Virus record (IMG/VR): IMGVR_UViG_2654587756_000002
Length of the DNA: 45,932 nucleotides
Direction: 5' to 3' (one strand)
Origin: a virus
Positions 30,588-41,307 of the stretch are shown here, in pieces; position 1 is the first letter of the stretch, and each line of letters starts with the position of its first letter. The notes beneath the pieces were generated by a model. That model had not been told where the DNA came from, did no database searches, and worked only from the letters and a program-made list of their open reading frames with translations. A program made the translations under genes and the position numbers.

Positions 30588-31103
30588 TTATTTTTTTGCT
30601 ATCAAAATACTATCAAACCATGGTGAAGATTCTTCATTAACATTTGTATATACTTCCAAAATTGTTAAATCAACATACTTAGCTATTTCTTTCATACCAT
30701 CAGAGGTGAATCTAAAACAATCTAAAGGATTTTTATGTACTGGACCAGAACTTGGAGCTATAATACAACAGTACCCTTCATTTTTTAGTATTCTTGATAC
30801 TTCACCCATTGCTCTCCAAAAAAATTCCATATGTTCAAAAGCTTGTCCTGAAATAACAACATCAAAAGTTTCATTAGGTATTTCCTTCCAATTATATAAA
30901 TCTGAAACAATTAAATCAACATTAGGACCCTCTTTTAAATCCATTCCAATATACTCCCAATTATCATTATCAAATATACTTCGATAGTTGAATGATGTTC
31001 CGCTCGAATCATATGATCCAATATCCAAAATCTTTAATACATCATTATTATTCAGATAGTTATTTTTAAATTTTTTCATCGACAAAAAAGAACTTCTATG
31101 CAT
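30588..31103 (-). CDS. Class I SAM-dependent methyltransferase (family B paralogue, no C-terminal tail)
   Basis: MHRSS, ILDIGS, SGQAFEHMEFFW and DCFRF. SD GGTGA; tandem with 29964..30572. Confidence 0.88.
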   Translation of the reverse strand: MHRSSFLSMKKFKNNYLNNNDVLKILDIGSYDSSGTSFNYRSIFDNDNWEYIGMDLKEGPNVDLIVSDLYNWKEIPNETFDVVISGQAFEHMEFFWRAMGEVSRILKNEGYCCIIAPSSGPVHKNPLDCFRFTSDGMKEIAKYVDLTILEVYTNVNEESSPWFDSILIAKK

Positions 31104-31241
31104 TGATTCACCATTTAATATTTTATATATACATATATAATATTCGATGAATATAATATTTGCTTTTTAAGAGTCTGTAAAATTAGGCTTCTTTCAAATT
31201 ATTTTTTTACACTTGAAATTTCACATCACTAAAAATTCATT

Positions 31242-32686
31242 CTAATTTGTTAGTGTAAAAAATTTAACTGATAATTTCATTTTTACCTGTTTTTTGAGGA
31301 CATTTCTTTCAATCCATTTTAAGTCATCGAGTTTGATTTGTGTTACTGCTCCTGCGTATGTTCGGTAAATTCTTTTTATTTTTCCAGGAAATGTTACTTT
31401 GAACAGTAATTCAACAAGATTGTTTGTTTTTGGTATTTTTTTGTCTTTTGTGTATTTTAGTGCCTTATTTATTTTTTTAGAGAGTGTTTTGATGAAATTT
31501 TTTATAATTGGTGGTAATTCTTCTAATTTATCATATAATTGATTAAAGTATTTCATTGCTGTTTTAAAGGATTTTGCACGGAATATTTTCTTTATGGTTC
31601 CCTTATATTCTAGGTGTTCTTTGATTTTGGCTTTATATTCTCTTATTTTTTCTTTATTCTCACCTATTTCTCTTTTTAGTTTTTTTCTTTTTTCGAGGTT
31701 GTTTATTGCTTTTTTGTCAGATTTTTTAGGTCTTCCTCTTTTTAAGGGCATTTCGTTTTTTAATTCTTCTATTTTTGCTTCTTTTTTCTCATTTGCTTTT
31801 GTTAGTGATTCTATGCGTCTTTTTTTAGTGTTGATGTATGGATTTAGTTTTACCATTAGGTTTTGCATGATATGGAATGTGCAGAGTTGGTGTTTTGCAT
31901 CCAAACTTTCTATTATTTCTGGATATGAACGATAACCATCAGTAATGATAGTTTCTAATTTTATTCCTCCTGTAGATTCTTTTAAGAATTTTTCAATATA
32001 TTCTTTGCTGAATTGTTCTTTGCAAATTAAGTTCATCATTGATTATCATCTTAGTATGAATCTCAATTAAGGCTAATCTCACATAGATTTTCTTATTAAT
32101 CTTTATGAATTCTTCATCATAGAATAATAACCACTTGATTTTATATTTAGTTTTTTAATTTGTTTAGTATTTCTTGTTTTTTATTATGGATGTATTGTGG
32201 TGATAATTCTTTTTCATGAAGATATATGCTTTGTCCGGAGATATTGAGGTTAAACTGTTCGTTTACCATTTCAGTTTTTGATTCGTATGATGAGCATGTA
32301 ATTTTCGTACACATTAATCCCTGTTCTTTGATTTCCCCTGCATAATTACAGTATTTATCAATATAATCAGGCAACATTGTTGTCATGAATTTTTCCTTAT
32401 TTTTAGAGGGATATTTGTAAGTTTGCTTATAAATTATGAATTTTTTATTTAATTTATATTCAACTAATCCATTTTTAACGTGTGTTCGAGCAAAATCCGG
32501 ATCATACTCTCTATAATCAAAGTAAATGATAAATAATTTTGTATTCATTATTTCTGAGAATAAATCAACGATTTTGGGCGAAATGGTGTTGCAAATGTAG
32601 AGTAAATTTCCCTAACCAAATAAGTAATATTTAAATAAATCTTCAACACAATATATTTCTGTAGGCTGTTTATTTTTTGATTTCAT
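31242..32686 (-). pseudogene. ISM1/ISNCY-like transposase relic 3 (same subfamily as relic 2)
   Basis: MKSKNKQPTE start at 32686 resembles the start of relic 2. IYKQTY, YDEEF, IITDGYRSY, HQLCTFH and IPKTNNLVE are spread over several frames. Confidence 0.8.
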
Positions 32687-33043
32687 ATATAATAATTAGC
32701 CTACATTCAATTTAAATGTTCCTATAAACTTTAAATTAAAAAATAATACTTAGATAATTGTAGATAAATCAATAACTCGATATTCATAAAATATACATTG
32801 ATTTAATTAGTTATGATGGAATATAGTTAATTCTACGAATAATGAGCCATATTTTATGAGTTAATTAAAAATAGATGGTATTTTATTCAAGCAAGGATAT
32901 CATTTAATTGAAGTAAAATCAAATCATTTTGCCCTTATTTTTTATATAACAATTTAATATTAACTTAATAACATATTTAGTTTTAATAAATAGAATTAAG
33001 AAGAAATTAAATTAAATTCATCAGTTAAATTTTTTACACTAAC
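31249..33043 (-). mobile_element. ISM1/ISNCY-like element with intact ends and dead transposase
   Basis: Perfect 24-bp TIRs (GTTAGTGTAAAAAATTTAACTGAT at 31249-31272, reverse complement at 33020-33043). 7-bp duplication CTAATTT at 31242-31248 and 33044-33050. Confidence 0.88.
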
Positions 33044-33120
33044 CTAATTTTACTTTAATTTTAAAATTATTAGTTTAAAAATAGTTAAATACTTTAATAA
33101 GTGAGGACAAATAATATTTT

Positions 33121-34190
33121 ATGCCCAATATAAATAAATCTATCCTTAATAGTAATTTAGAATTCATACAACTTAAACTTTTTGATTTTTCTAGCGAGAA
33201 AATTAATCAAGAAAAAATCATTTCAGAAAGATTAAATAAAGTACCATATTTTGAAAATACTAATTTAAAACTATTTTTAGATAAAAATAACACTTTTAAA
33301 TAGGATAATTCAATTTATCCCAATTGTAGATCACATAAAATTATTAAAAAAAATACAATAACTAAAAATAAACAAAATATAAATGGAAAAACTACAGAAT
33401 TTAAAGAACAGCAGCAACGCAAAATGTGGAAAAAAATTTGGAATAAAAAATAATCCATTAATTGAAGAACATGAACAATTTTTACAAGAAATTATGATTA
33501 AAATTTCATTAATAATAAAAATCAGATATCAATCACTTCGTAAAATAAGTAAATACTTCGAAATATTCCTTGGAATTCGAATATCACACCAAACAATCAA
33601 TTGGTCAGACAAAAATCACGAAGAAAGAATCAACAACAAAGAATTCGAATATTCTGACTATTATTTATATGACGAGCAATTAAGGCTTAATGGAGTTAAA
33701 CACTACAAATTAACTATATATGATGCAATACTCAATATTCTAGTCTCAGAACAAATTGTACGCCACAGAATACCTGAAAATACTAAAAAATTTATTCTAG
33801 ATTCAACGACAAATAAACCATTTATTTGCTTAACAACCGATTTATTTCCAATGTACCGTAATGTGACATAGGAAATAAAAGTAAAACATCAATTATGCAA
33901 ATTTCATCTATTTCAAACAATAAATCATAAATTAAAAGTGTATTTTCGACGAAACCAAATAAATGAAAAATCAAAAGACCATATTTACGAAAATGCAAAT
34001 GAATTGAAAAATTGTTTCAGACAAAATTCAAAACAAGAAACAATCAATCAATTTAACAATATTTACAAAACTACAGAGCAATTCCCGTCGTATTAAAAGA
34101 TTTCATTAGAAAACACACAATTATGCACTTTCACAGATAAGTAAAACACTTAAATGATGAAAATATAGAAAAAACATCAAATAAAGTAAC
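33121..34190 (+). pseudogene. ISM1/ISNCY-like transposase relic 4 (same subfamily as relic 1)
   Basis: Fragments 33121-33303 and 33383-33871 (YDEQL, LTTDLFPMY), then HQLCKFH. Shares the upstream 17-mer TTTAAAAATAGTTAAAT with relic 1. Confidence 0.75.
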
Positions 34191-34199
34191 TTATTCTTA

Positions 34200-34640
34200 A
34201 TCTTTATTGCATGTTTAAAAGATTTAAACTTGAAGAACAAAAATTATTCTTGTTTCTATCATTTTAAAAGATTTTTATATTCTTTTACGATTTATTTGAA
34301 TTTTTATTTGGCATATATATTCAATACCTGTGGGTTTTTCTTCCAATTTCTCTTAAAGACAATCTTCAATCGAAACACACATCAAAATGAGCCCAAGCAA
34401 TAATTCACAAATATAGTGAAAAAGAGTCCACAAAATTCCCGGATTACTTTCGAACAAATAATTAAATAAACAACATGTTTAATAAAAATAACACAAATAA
34501 ACTTAGGAATCAAATTCATAAGTTCAATGGATAACATACTCCAATTTATATTATAATCTTTTAAACCAAGAATAAACCCCACAAATATTAATATCAATGC
34601 TGAAAAATTATACTTCATAGTATTTAAGATTAAAGAAAAA
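34200..34640 (-). pseudogene. Possible highly eroded N-terminal transposase fragment
   Basis: ORF 34382-34618 has no SD and broken frames, with weak resemblance (NWSMLS...FDS...KH...KVIRE...FF...NY) to IS5-type N-termini. Uncertain. Confidence 0.3.
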
Positions 34641-34703
34641 AAATGACCAAATAAAATTAAAAAATTGTGACTTCATGCCGCATCCTCAAAAAATAAAAAA
34701 AAG

Positions 34704-36902
34704 TCATTTTTTAAATATATTATTAAAAAATCTTTTATTTAAAAGTTCATTATATTTTTTAAGAAGATACTTATTTCTATCTTCCAAAACCATAATTTTA
34801 TTTGATTCATTTGAACTATTGAATTGATTGTATTTAAATGATACATTTAAATTATTATCTTTTTTTGCTAAAATTTTAACAGAATTATACAATTCTTTAT
34901 TCAAATTAATATTATTATCAATTTTTTCAAAGTTTTTTTCTAAATCTTTTGAAAACAAAGCCAAATTACTAATTTCATTTTGGATTCTATCAATTTCTTT
35001 TAAATAAATATTATTTTCCAAAAATCCCAAATCAACTGAATCATTGCTTAAATTCAATTTATACTCCATTATAGAATTTGAATTCATAATTGCATTAAAA
35101 CGTTTCAATGCATTATTTCTTTTTATAATACCAACATATGCATCAGTATTTAAAAAATTCATATCCTCAATTGCTAACTTAACCATTTTAAAATAATCTT
35201 CAGAATGAGAAGAACTAATATACATTGATAATTGAGTTATTTTAAAAATTGAAAAATCCTCCCTGAATTCATCAAAACAACCCTCATTTTCAAGAAAATT
35301 TTCAACATAATCGATAATTTTGAATATATCTGGAGCATTAGATGCAGTGTTATTAACAGAATTTGGATTAGATAACCTGTAATGATAAAAAAATTCTGGA
35401 ACATAAGAAATTCTTTCTGCCCGAATCATTGATTGAACATGGAATGGTACATCATCAAAAGCAACATTCGTATGAAATCTAAAGTCATTATATTTATCCA
35501 AAAATTCTTTTTTATAAAATTTAGTCCAAGGTGCAAATGAACTCAAAAGAACATGCCTTTTTATAGCCCGATAATTAAATGTAAAATTATCAAAATCAAC
35601 ATCATTAAAAATTTTTTCAAATTCAAACCCTGGTTCATCATAATTTATAGGTTCACCATCCCTAAAACTAGCTATTTTAAATATTACAAAATCGGAATTA
35701 TTTGAAATTGCATTATCATATAATTTTTCTAATGCATTTGGAGTTAAATAATCATCGGGATCAAAAAAGTAAATATAATCCCCTTTAGCATTATCCAATG
35801 CTTTATTTCTAGCAGCACCACAACCTTGATTTTCTTGATTGATGATTTTAATTCTATCATCATTCTTTGCAAAATCTTCCAACATTTTTAAAGAGTTATC
35901 CTTAGAACCATCATTAACACAAACTAGTTCAATATCTTTTAATGTTTGATTTAATAAACTATTAATTGATTCATCAAGGAATTCTTCTGCGTTATATACT
36001 GGAATAATTAAGGAAACTTTAATTTTATTGAAAAAAGAATCACAAGCATTTATAATTAATTCATCATCTTTAAAAACATCATGAACAATATTTTTAATTT
36101 CATTTTTATCTTCAGATGAATTCTCAGGAGATTTAAGATAATAAAATAATTGATTTTTATATTGATTAGATAAATTATCAAAACCTGAATTTTGTAATAT
36201 TTCAAAAACTAACTTAAAGTGTTCAATATAATCATGTTTCTTTCGATGTGTATTTATTTTACCGAAATTATTGCCTGCAGAACGTAATGCATAAAAATCA
36301 ACAGGAACCGTAGAAAAATTGTCTAATTTAGATAAAATTTCAGCAAAAAATACTGGATCCTGACCTCTAAGTAAATCAGGAAATTTAAAATTATTATCAA
36401 TTATAAATTCTCTCTTGAAAATATTTTTATAAAAAGAGTAGGGTATACCATAATCTTCAGGTTTTAAAATTTCATGTTTGGAAAATCGCCTAAGATTTTT
36501 ATTAATTATCAATTCACCATTTAAATCTATAACTTTAAGATTAGCAGAAATCATAGAAGTATCATCTTTAATAGCTACATCATACATTTGTTCTAATGCG
36601 GTTTTATCAATAAACATATCATCAGAATCTAAAAATGCAATATACTCACCATTAGTATGTATCATAGCATTATTTCTTGCAATGCCTGAACCTTGATTTT
36701 CTTGATTAAAAATTTTAATTTTTTCACCATATTTTGATTTATAATTTTTTAAAATTTTTAAAGAATTATCAGTTGATCCATCATTAATACATATGACCTC
36801 CAAATCTGTTAAAGTTTGATTAAATACACTATCTAATGACTCCCGAATCACTTTTTCATCATTATAAACTGGCATTATAACTGAAATTTTAATTTGATTC
36901 AT
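34704..36902 (-). CDS. Tandem GT2-GT2 glycosyltransferase with C-terminal coiled coil
   Basis: Two domains, ISVIMPVYN...NDGS...FLDSDD and VSLIIPVYN...NDGS...FFDPDD. SD GGAGGA. Confidence 0.92.
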   Translation of the reverse strand: MNQIKISVIMPVYNDEKVIRESLDSVFNQTLTDLEVICINDGSTDNSLKILKNYKSKYGEKIKIFNQENQGSGIARNNAMIHTNGEYIAFLDSDDMFIDKTALEQMYDVAIKDDTSMISANLKVIDLNGELIINKNLRRFSKHEILKPEDYGIPYSFYKNIFKREFIIDNNFKFPDLLRGQDPVFFAEILSKLDNFSTVPVDFYALRSAGNNFGKINTHRKKHDYIEHFKLVFEILQNSGFDNLSNQYKNQLFYYLKSPENSSEDKNEIKNIVHDVFKDDELIINACDSFFNKIKVSLIIPVYNAEEFLDESINSLLNQTLKDIELVCVNDGSKDNSLKMLEDFAKNDDRIKIINQENQGCGAARNKALDNAKGDYIYFFDPDDYLTPNALEKLYDNAISNNSDFVIFKIASFRDGEPINYDEPGFEFEKIFNDVDFDNFTFNYRAIKRHVLLSSFAPWTKFYKKEFLDKYNDFRFHTNVAFDDVPFHVQSMIRAERISYVPEFFYHYRLSNPNSVNNTASNAPDIFKIIDYVENFLENEGCFDEFREDFSIFKITQLSMYISSSHSEDYFKMVKLAIEDMNFLNTDAYVGIIKRNNALKRFNAIMNSNSIMEYKLNLSNDSVDLGFLENNIYLKEIDRIQNEISNLALFSKDLEKNFEKIDNNINLNKELYNSVKILAKKDNNLNVSFKYNQFNSSNESNKIMVLEDRNKYLLKKYNELLNKRFFNNIFKK

Positions 36903-39141
36903 AATAATCCTCCTTTACAGATTTTAAAACATCAGGATAATAATCAATAACCTGTTTAAGTTGTAAATCATTTCCACCATCAAAATTTGATGAATATAAA
37001 GTTTTTTCATTAATAATATTTAATTCTCTCGCCAAGTTAATATAAGTTAATTGAAACATATTATTTTTCACACATTTTATTTTAGTTTTATTTAAAATAG
37101 CCATAGCCCATACCCAAATATCATCAGCAGTAGGACATAATTTTTCAAATAATTCATTATTACAAACATCCTCATGTAAAGAATTCGGTGGAAATAATGA
37201 TCCCGCACCATTTGTAGAAAGATTAATGAAAGAAGGTTTAGTTTCACCAACATTTAATTCCCAATCATTATAACTTTCAAAAGAGCCCTCCGTATTTAAA
37301 GAAACATTTCTTGATCTCTGGCAAATAATATACTTGGGATTTTTTTTATGCTCATCATACAATAATTCTAACCAATTTTTAGGATAAAATAAATCATCAT
37401 CAGCAGTGACAATCAAATCATTTGGATATTCAGATAATGCTGGAATTAACTTTTTATAGGATTTAACATCTTTACACCACTTAATCTTTAAACCAAACTT
37501 TTTAAGATTTAAAACATTCGGAGGAATATCATTTTCACCATTAGGAAATTGATCAGAAGCTAACCACAAAACAACTTCATCAGGTTTAATACTTTGATTA
37601 AAAATTGAGAATATGCAATAATGAATATCATATAACCTTTCAGGAAACGAAGTTAATGAAACAATTAATTTTTTATCTCTTTTATGAGTTGTAACACCAA
37701 ATTCATTAAAATTTTTAATTTTAGCATCCAATAACCGTTTATTAATCGATTTATGATAAGGATATACATCTTTATTTATTAAAACATTACCTTCATCAAT
37801 ACCATATAAAACAAAATAAAGTAATGGATTTAATTTAGAATTAATAATATTAATGTTAGAACTTTCATAAAATTTCCCATCGAATGAAACACTAGGATTT
37901 TTACCTTGATTATGGCCTATAGAAAGATAATGTAATAATGGATTAAAATTAAGAGTATAATTATATTTTGACCGATAATATTCATAATCAAATAAATCCC
38001 ATTTTTCAATTAAATCAATACCTTTAAATAATTCATCAATCGAACAATTTTCAAATAATAATCTCAACATAATCAATTGAGAATTAATATTTATTAAAGC
38101 TTTATTAAAATTGTTTAAATTATCATACAATATTGACAAATTATCAAGAGTTTGTTTTTCATTCTTAATAGATATTGCAATTTTACTTGCTTCATGAAAA
38201 TTTTTATTAGAGATTTCTTTAAATAATGAATTATACTCTTTATGAGGGCGAAGATTATCATTTTTTTCAAATTCAATAAATAAAAAATTGCAATCCTTTA
38301 AAAGATTGACACGATCTTCAAATACCAAATCACTATCAATAAATTGACTAATCCAATAATTTAAACGAGAAAGGCCAACATAAGTTAATTCCTCACCAAC
38401 AGACAATAATAAATCATATAATTCAAAATAAGAATCATATAATCCTTTCAAATATGTTTTATTTCTTTCATAACTAACCGATTTTTCAATAGATGAATTT
38501 CGAATAACATACTCAAAAACTGGAAAATCAATGAAAGAAATCCCATGGGCATGTAAAAAATAGTTTGTAGAAAAAACCAAATCTTCACCAGGCACACCAA
38601 TAGGAAATTGAATATTATTTTCTAATATTACTGATTTTTTATAAATTTTAGACATTATGGCCGGAGGATATATCAAAATTTTAAAATCTTCAAAAACATT
38701 ATTAAGTTTAAAATCCTTTTCAAAGAAAATATGATTATTCTTTATACCATCATCATTTGTAACATAATAACCAGATACCAAATCCAAATCATTATTATAA
38801 ATTTCTTGATACAATTTTTCACAAGCATCATGATAAAAAATATCATCCGAATCTAAAAACATTATATAATCAGATGTTGCATTTTGAATACCCACATTAC
38901 GGGGTTGACCTCCAAATCCACTATTATCATTTAATAAAATACATTTAACATTATCATACTCAAGAGAATATTGTTTTATAATTTGTCTGGAGTTATCAGT
39001 CGAATAATCATCAACAAATATCAATTCAATATTTTCAAAACCAATAGATTGTTCTTTAATTGAATTAAATGAATCATGAATATAATTTTCAGAGTTATAA
39101 ACTGGAATAATTATGGAAATTAAATATTTTTCACCATACAT
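36889..39141 (-). CDS. GT2 glycosyltransferase + ~36-aa repeat module + second GT-A-like domain
   Basis: ISIIIPVYN...FLDSDD; FDYEYY...NPLLHY...G repeats; C-terminal IVSLTSFPER...KSYKKLIP...TADDDLFYP. Confidence 0.88.
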   Translation of the reverse strand: MYGEKYLISIIIPVYNSENYIHDSFNSIKEQSIGFENIELIFVDDYSTDNSRQIIKQYSLEYDNVKCILLNDNSGFGGQPRNVGIQNATSDYIMFLDSDDIFYHDACEKLYQEIYNNDLDLVSGYYVTNDDGIKNNHIFFEKDFKLNNVFEDFKILIYPPAIMSKIYKKSVILENNIQFPIGVPGEDLVFSTNYFLHAHGISFIDFPVFEYVIRNSSIEKSVSYERNKTYLKGLYDSYFELYDLLLSVGEELTYVGLSRLNYWISQFIDSDLVFEDRVNLLKDCNFLFIEFEKNDNLRPHKEYNSLFKEISNKNFHEASKIAISIKNEKQTLDNLSILYDNLNNFNKALININSQLIMLRLLFENCSIDELFKGIDLIEKWDLFDYEYYRSKYNYTLNFNPLLHYLSIGHNQGKNPSVSFDGKFYESSNINIINSKLNPLLYFVLYGIDEGNVLINKDVYPYHKSINKRLLDAKIKNFNEFGVTTHKRDKKLIVSLTSFPERLYDIHYCIFSIFNQSIKPDEVVLWLASDQFPNGENDIPPNVLNLKKFGLKIKWCKDVKSYKKLIPALSEYPNDLIVTADDDLFYPKNWLELLYDEHKKNPKYIICQRSRNVSLNTEGSFESYNDWELNVGETKPSFINLSTNGAGSLFPPNSLHEDVCNNELFEKLCPTADDIWVWAMAILNKTKIKCVKNNMFQLTYINLARELNIINEKTLYSSNFDGGNDLQLKQVIDYYPDVLKSVKEDYYESN

Positions 39142-39147
39142 AAAACA

Positions 39148-40476
39148 TCACCTCAATCCACTAATTTTTTTAATGATTTTAGAAATAATACTTTCATTTA
39201 GTTGATTTTTTAATTCCAAATTTTCATCCATTAAATAATCATTTTGTTGATTAAGATATTTAATCATGTCATTAAGATGCATCACCTCATCAGACGAATA
39301 ATGATTAATTAATTTTTTGTTTGATAAACTTTTTTGTTTATAAAAATTCAAATAATATTCCAATTCTTCTGAATAATTGACTAACTGTGAAAAATTATTC
39401 TCTAAAATGAACAAATAATCTTTAATTAAATATTTTTCTGAATAAGAAATATCATCCAAATCATCTAATGACACATCACCATTATAATTATCTTGCATTA
39501 ATTTAAATTCTGCATAATTTTCTGAAATCATAGAATGAATATAAAAAACAAGATAATAAAATGAAATTTTATTCAAGTCATGTGCTGAGATATTTAATGA
39601 TTTTAAAAATAGTTTAATCTTTTCAAAATATTGTAGTTTAAATTCATCATCTATTTCATTTAATTTACGTTCAAATTCTTTAAAAGTAAATTCTATAAAT
39701 TCTAATTTAAATTCATCAAAAAAGTTATTCTCCAATAAAAATTCTTTTATACCACACATCACATCATAAAAAACAATAGCTTCACTCGATGATACATATA
39801 AAGTTTGAAGTGAATCTTGACCTATCCTATTATAATGATAAAAAATTTTAGGAAAATAGGATATTCTTTTAGCCAACAACATGGATTTAACATGAAATTC
39901 AACATCATTATACAATTTATGATAAGGAAATTTAATGTTATTTTCAAAAATAAAAGAACTTTTATAAAATTTAGACCATATAACCCCAAAATATGCATTT
40001 AATACTTTATTTTTGACTAATTTATAATCAAATGATAATGATGAAAAATCTTTATTAGAATCCACACCTAAAAAATGAATTAAATCCATTGATTGATTAT
40101 CTGGTAAATGTCTTACTGCATCAAATAAAACCAAATCAGAATGCAGATTAATGGCTTGATTATATAATTTTTCACAAGTATCCTTTTCAATCCAATCATC
40201 AGAATCTAAAAATAAAACAAAATCTCCAGTAACCTTTTCTAACGCCACATTCCTACTGAAACCTGCACCAGAATTTTCTTGATGAAAAATTTTAAATCTT
40301 TTATCACCATTCGAAAAATCTTTAAGAATTTTAAAAGAATTATCTGTTGACCCATCATCAATACAGATTATCTCTATATCTGACAATGTTTGGTTTTTAA
40401 CAGACATTAAGCAATCAGTTAATAAACTCTCAGAATTATAAACTGGAATAATTATTGAAACTTTAGGATTGTTCAT
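39148..40476 (-). CDS. GT2 glycosyltransferase with C-terminal coiled coil
   Basis: VSIIIPVYN, IDDGSTD and FLDSDD. Confidence 0.92.
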   Translation of the reverse strand: MNNPKVSIIIPVYNSESLLTDCLMSVKNQTLSDIEIICIDDGSTDNSFKILKDFSNGDKRFKIFHQENSGAGFSRNVALEKVTGDFVLFLDSDDWIEKDTCEKLYNQAINLHSDLVLFDAVRHLPDNQSMDLIHFLGVDSNKDFSSLSFDYKLVKNKVLNAYFGVIWSKFYKSSFIFENNIKFPYHKLYNDVEFHVKSMLLAKRISYFPKIFYHYNRIGQDSLQTLYVSSSEAIVFYDVMCGIKEFLLENNFFDEFKLEFIEFTFKEFERKLNEIDDEFKLQYFEKIKLFLKSLNISAHDLNKISFYYLVFYIHSMISENYAEFKLMQDNYNGDVSLDDLDDISYSEKYLIKDYLFILENNFSQLVNYSEELEYYLNFYKQKSLSNKKLINHYSSDEVMHLNDMIKYLNQQNDYLMDENLELKNQLNESIISKIIKKISGLR

Positions 40477-40486
40477 TCAAATCACA

Positions 40487-41302
40487 TTAAATAGAGAACC
40501 TATCATGTTTTTTATTTCGTATAAATAATTTTTCAATAAAATCTAATTTTTCTTCAACTTTAAAGTTAGATAATAATGAAGAAACTTTATTAAAGTCCAA
40601 TGTTTCACCAGGTTTTTGAGAATACACATATATTCCACTCACATACTCATCGACATTTTCGGAGTATTCATTTTCAAAGTTACCTACATAATCCTTTGTA
40701 AAAAATACTTCTTTTTTTAACAAATTAATTGGATTTCCACCATATAAATTATTAGACTCTAACTTAACATAAGATGGCACATAAGAATAATTATCAATAA
40801 TAGATCCAGATCCAATATTTACTCCTTTACTCACATAAGACAAATGTCCCAGCCATACATGGTCCCCAATTAAAACACTGCCACTATGATTAACTCTTTT
40901 TTTAGTATTTATATCATAAACAATATGTGCATCAGAGGTTCTAATATTTGTACCACTACCGATTATACCTTCATCACCAATAATTAAATTTTGATGCTCT
41001 TGAACATTAATATTAATTGGAGGAGTCAAATTGTTATCCCTACCTATAAAAACAACAGAATTTTGAAAAATATGTAAATTAAAAGAGTAATTACTATTAG
41101 TACTTGATAAATAGATTAAAGAGTTGCTGCCCCCAAATAATATTGAGCAATCAACTAAATTCACATTATTTTCACAATATAATACATTTCCAGAACCGTG
41201 AAATGTAATTTTTGAACTAGACATATTAGGGTTTCCAGTAATCCTATTCTCTTTTAAAGATGAAAAATCATCAATACTTCTTACAATTTCCATAATAAAC
41301 AC
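40487..41302 (-). CDS. Left-handed beta-helix (hexapeptide) acyltransferase
   Basis: LIIGDEGIIG, IRTSDAH, VLIGDHVWLG and IGSGSII. Start may be ATG 41293. Confidence 0.82.
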   Translation of the reverse strand: MFIMEIVRSIDDFSSLKENRITGNPNMSSSKITFHGSGNVLYCENNVNLVDCSILFGGSNSLIYLSSTNSNYSFNLHIFQNSVVFIGRDNNLTPPININVQEHQNLIIGDEGIIGSGTNIRTSDAHIVYDINTKKRVNHSGSVLIGDHVWLGHLSYVSKGVNIGSGSIIDNYSYVPSYVKLESNNLYGGNPINLLKKEVFFTKDYVGNFENEYSENVDEYVSGIYVYSQKPGETLDFNKVSSLLSNFKVEEKLDFIEKLFIRNKKHDRFSI

Positions 41303-41307
41303 TTCTT

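Noticed and set aside
31179-31187. Third copy of the IS4 target 9-mer AAAATTAGG
   Set aside because: An AT-rich 9-mer with no adjacent IS4 TIR; likely chance.
26081-33871. ORFs 26081, 26799, 27536, 27930, 28817, 32147, 33121 and 33383 as independent genes
   Set aside because: Each is an in-frame piece or frameshift by-product of a decayed transposase and was merged into a pseudogene call.
34668-34706. TGACTT...AAGTCA inverted repeat after the GT2-GT2 stop as a terminator
   Set aside because: Only a 6-bp stem with a long loop, too weak to call.
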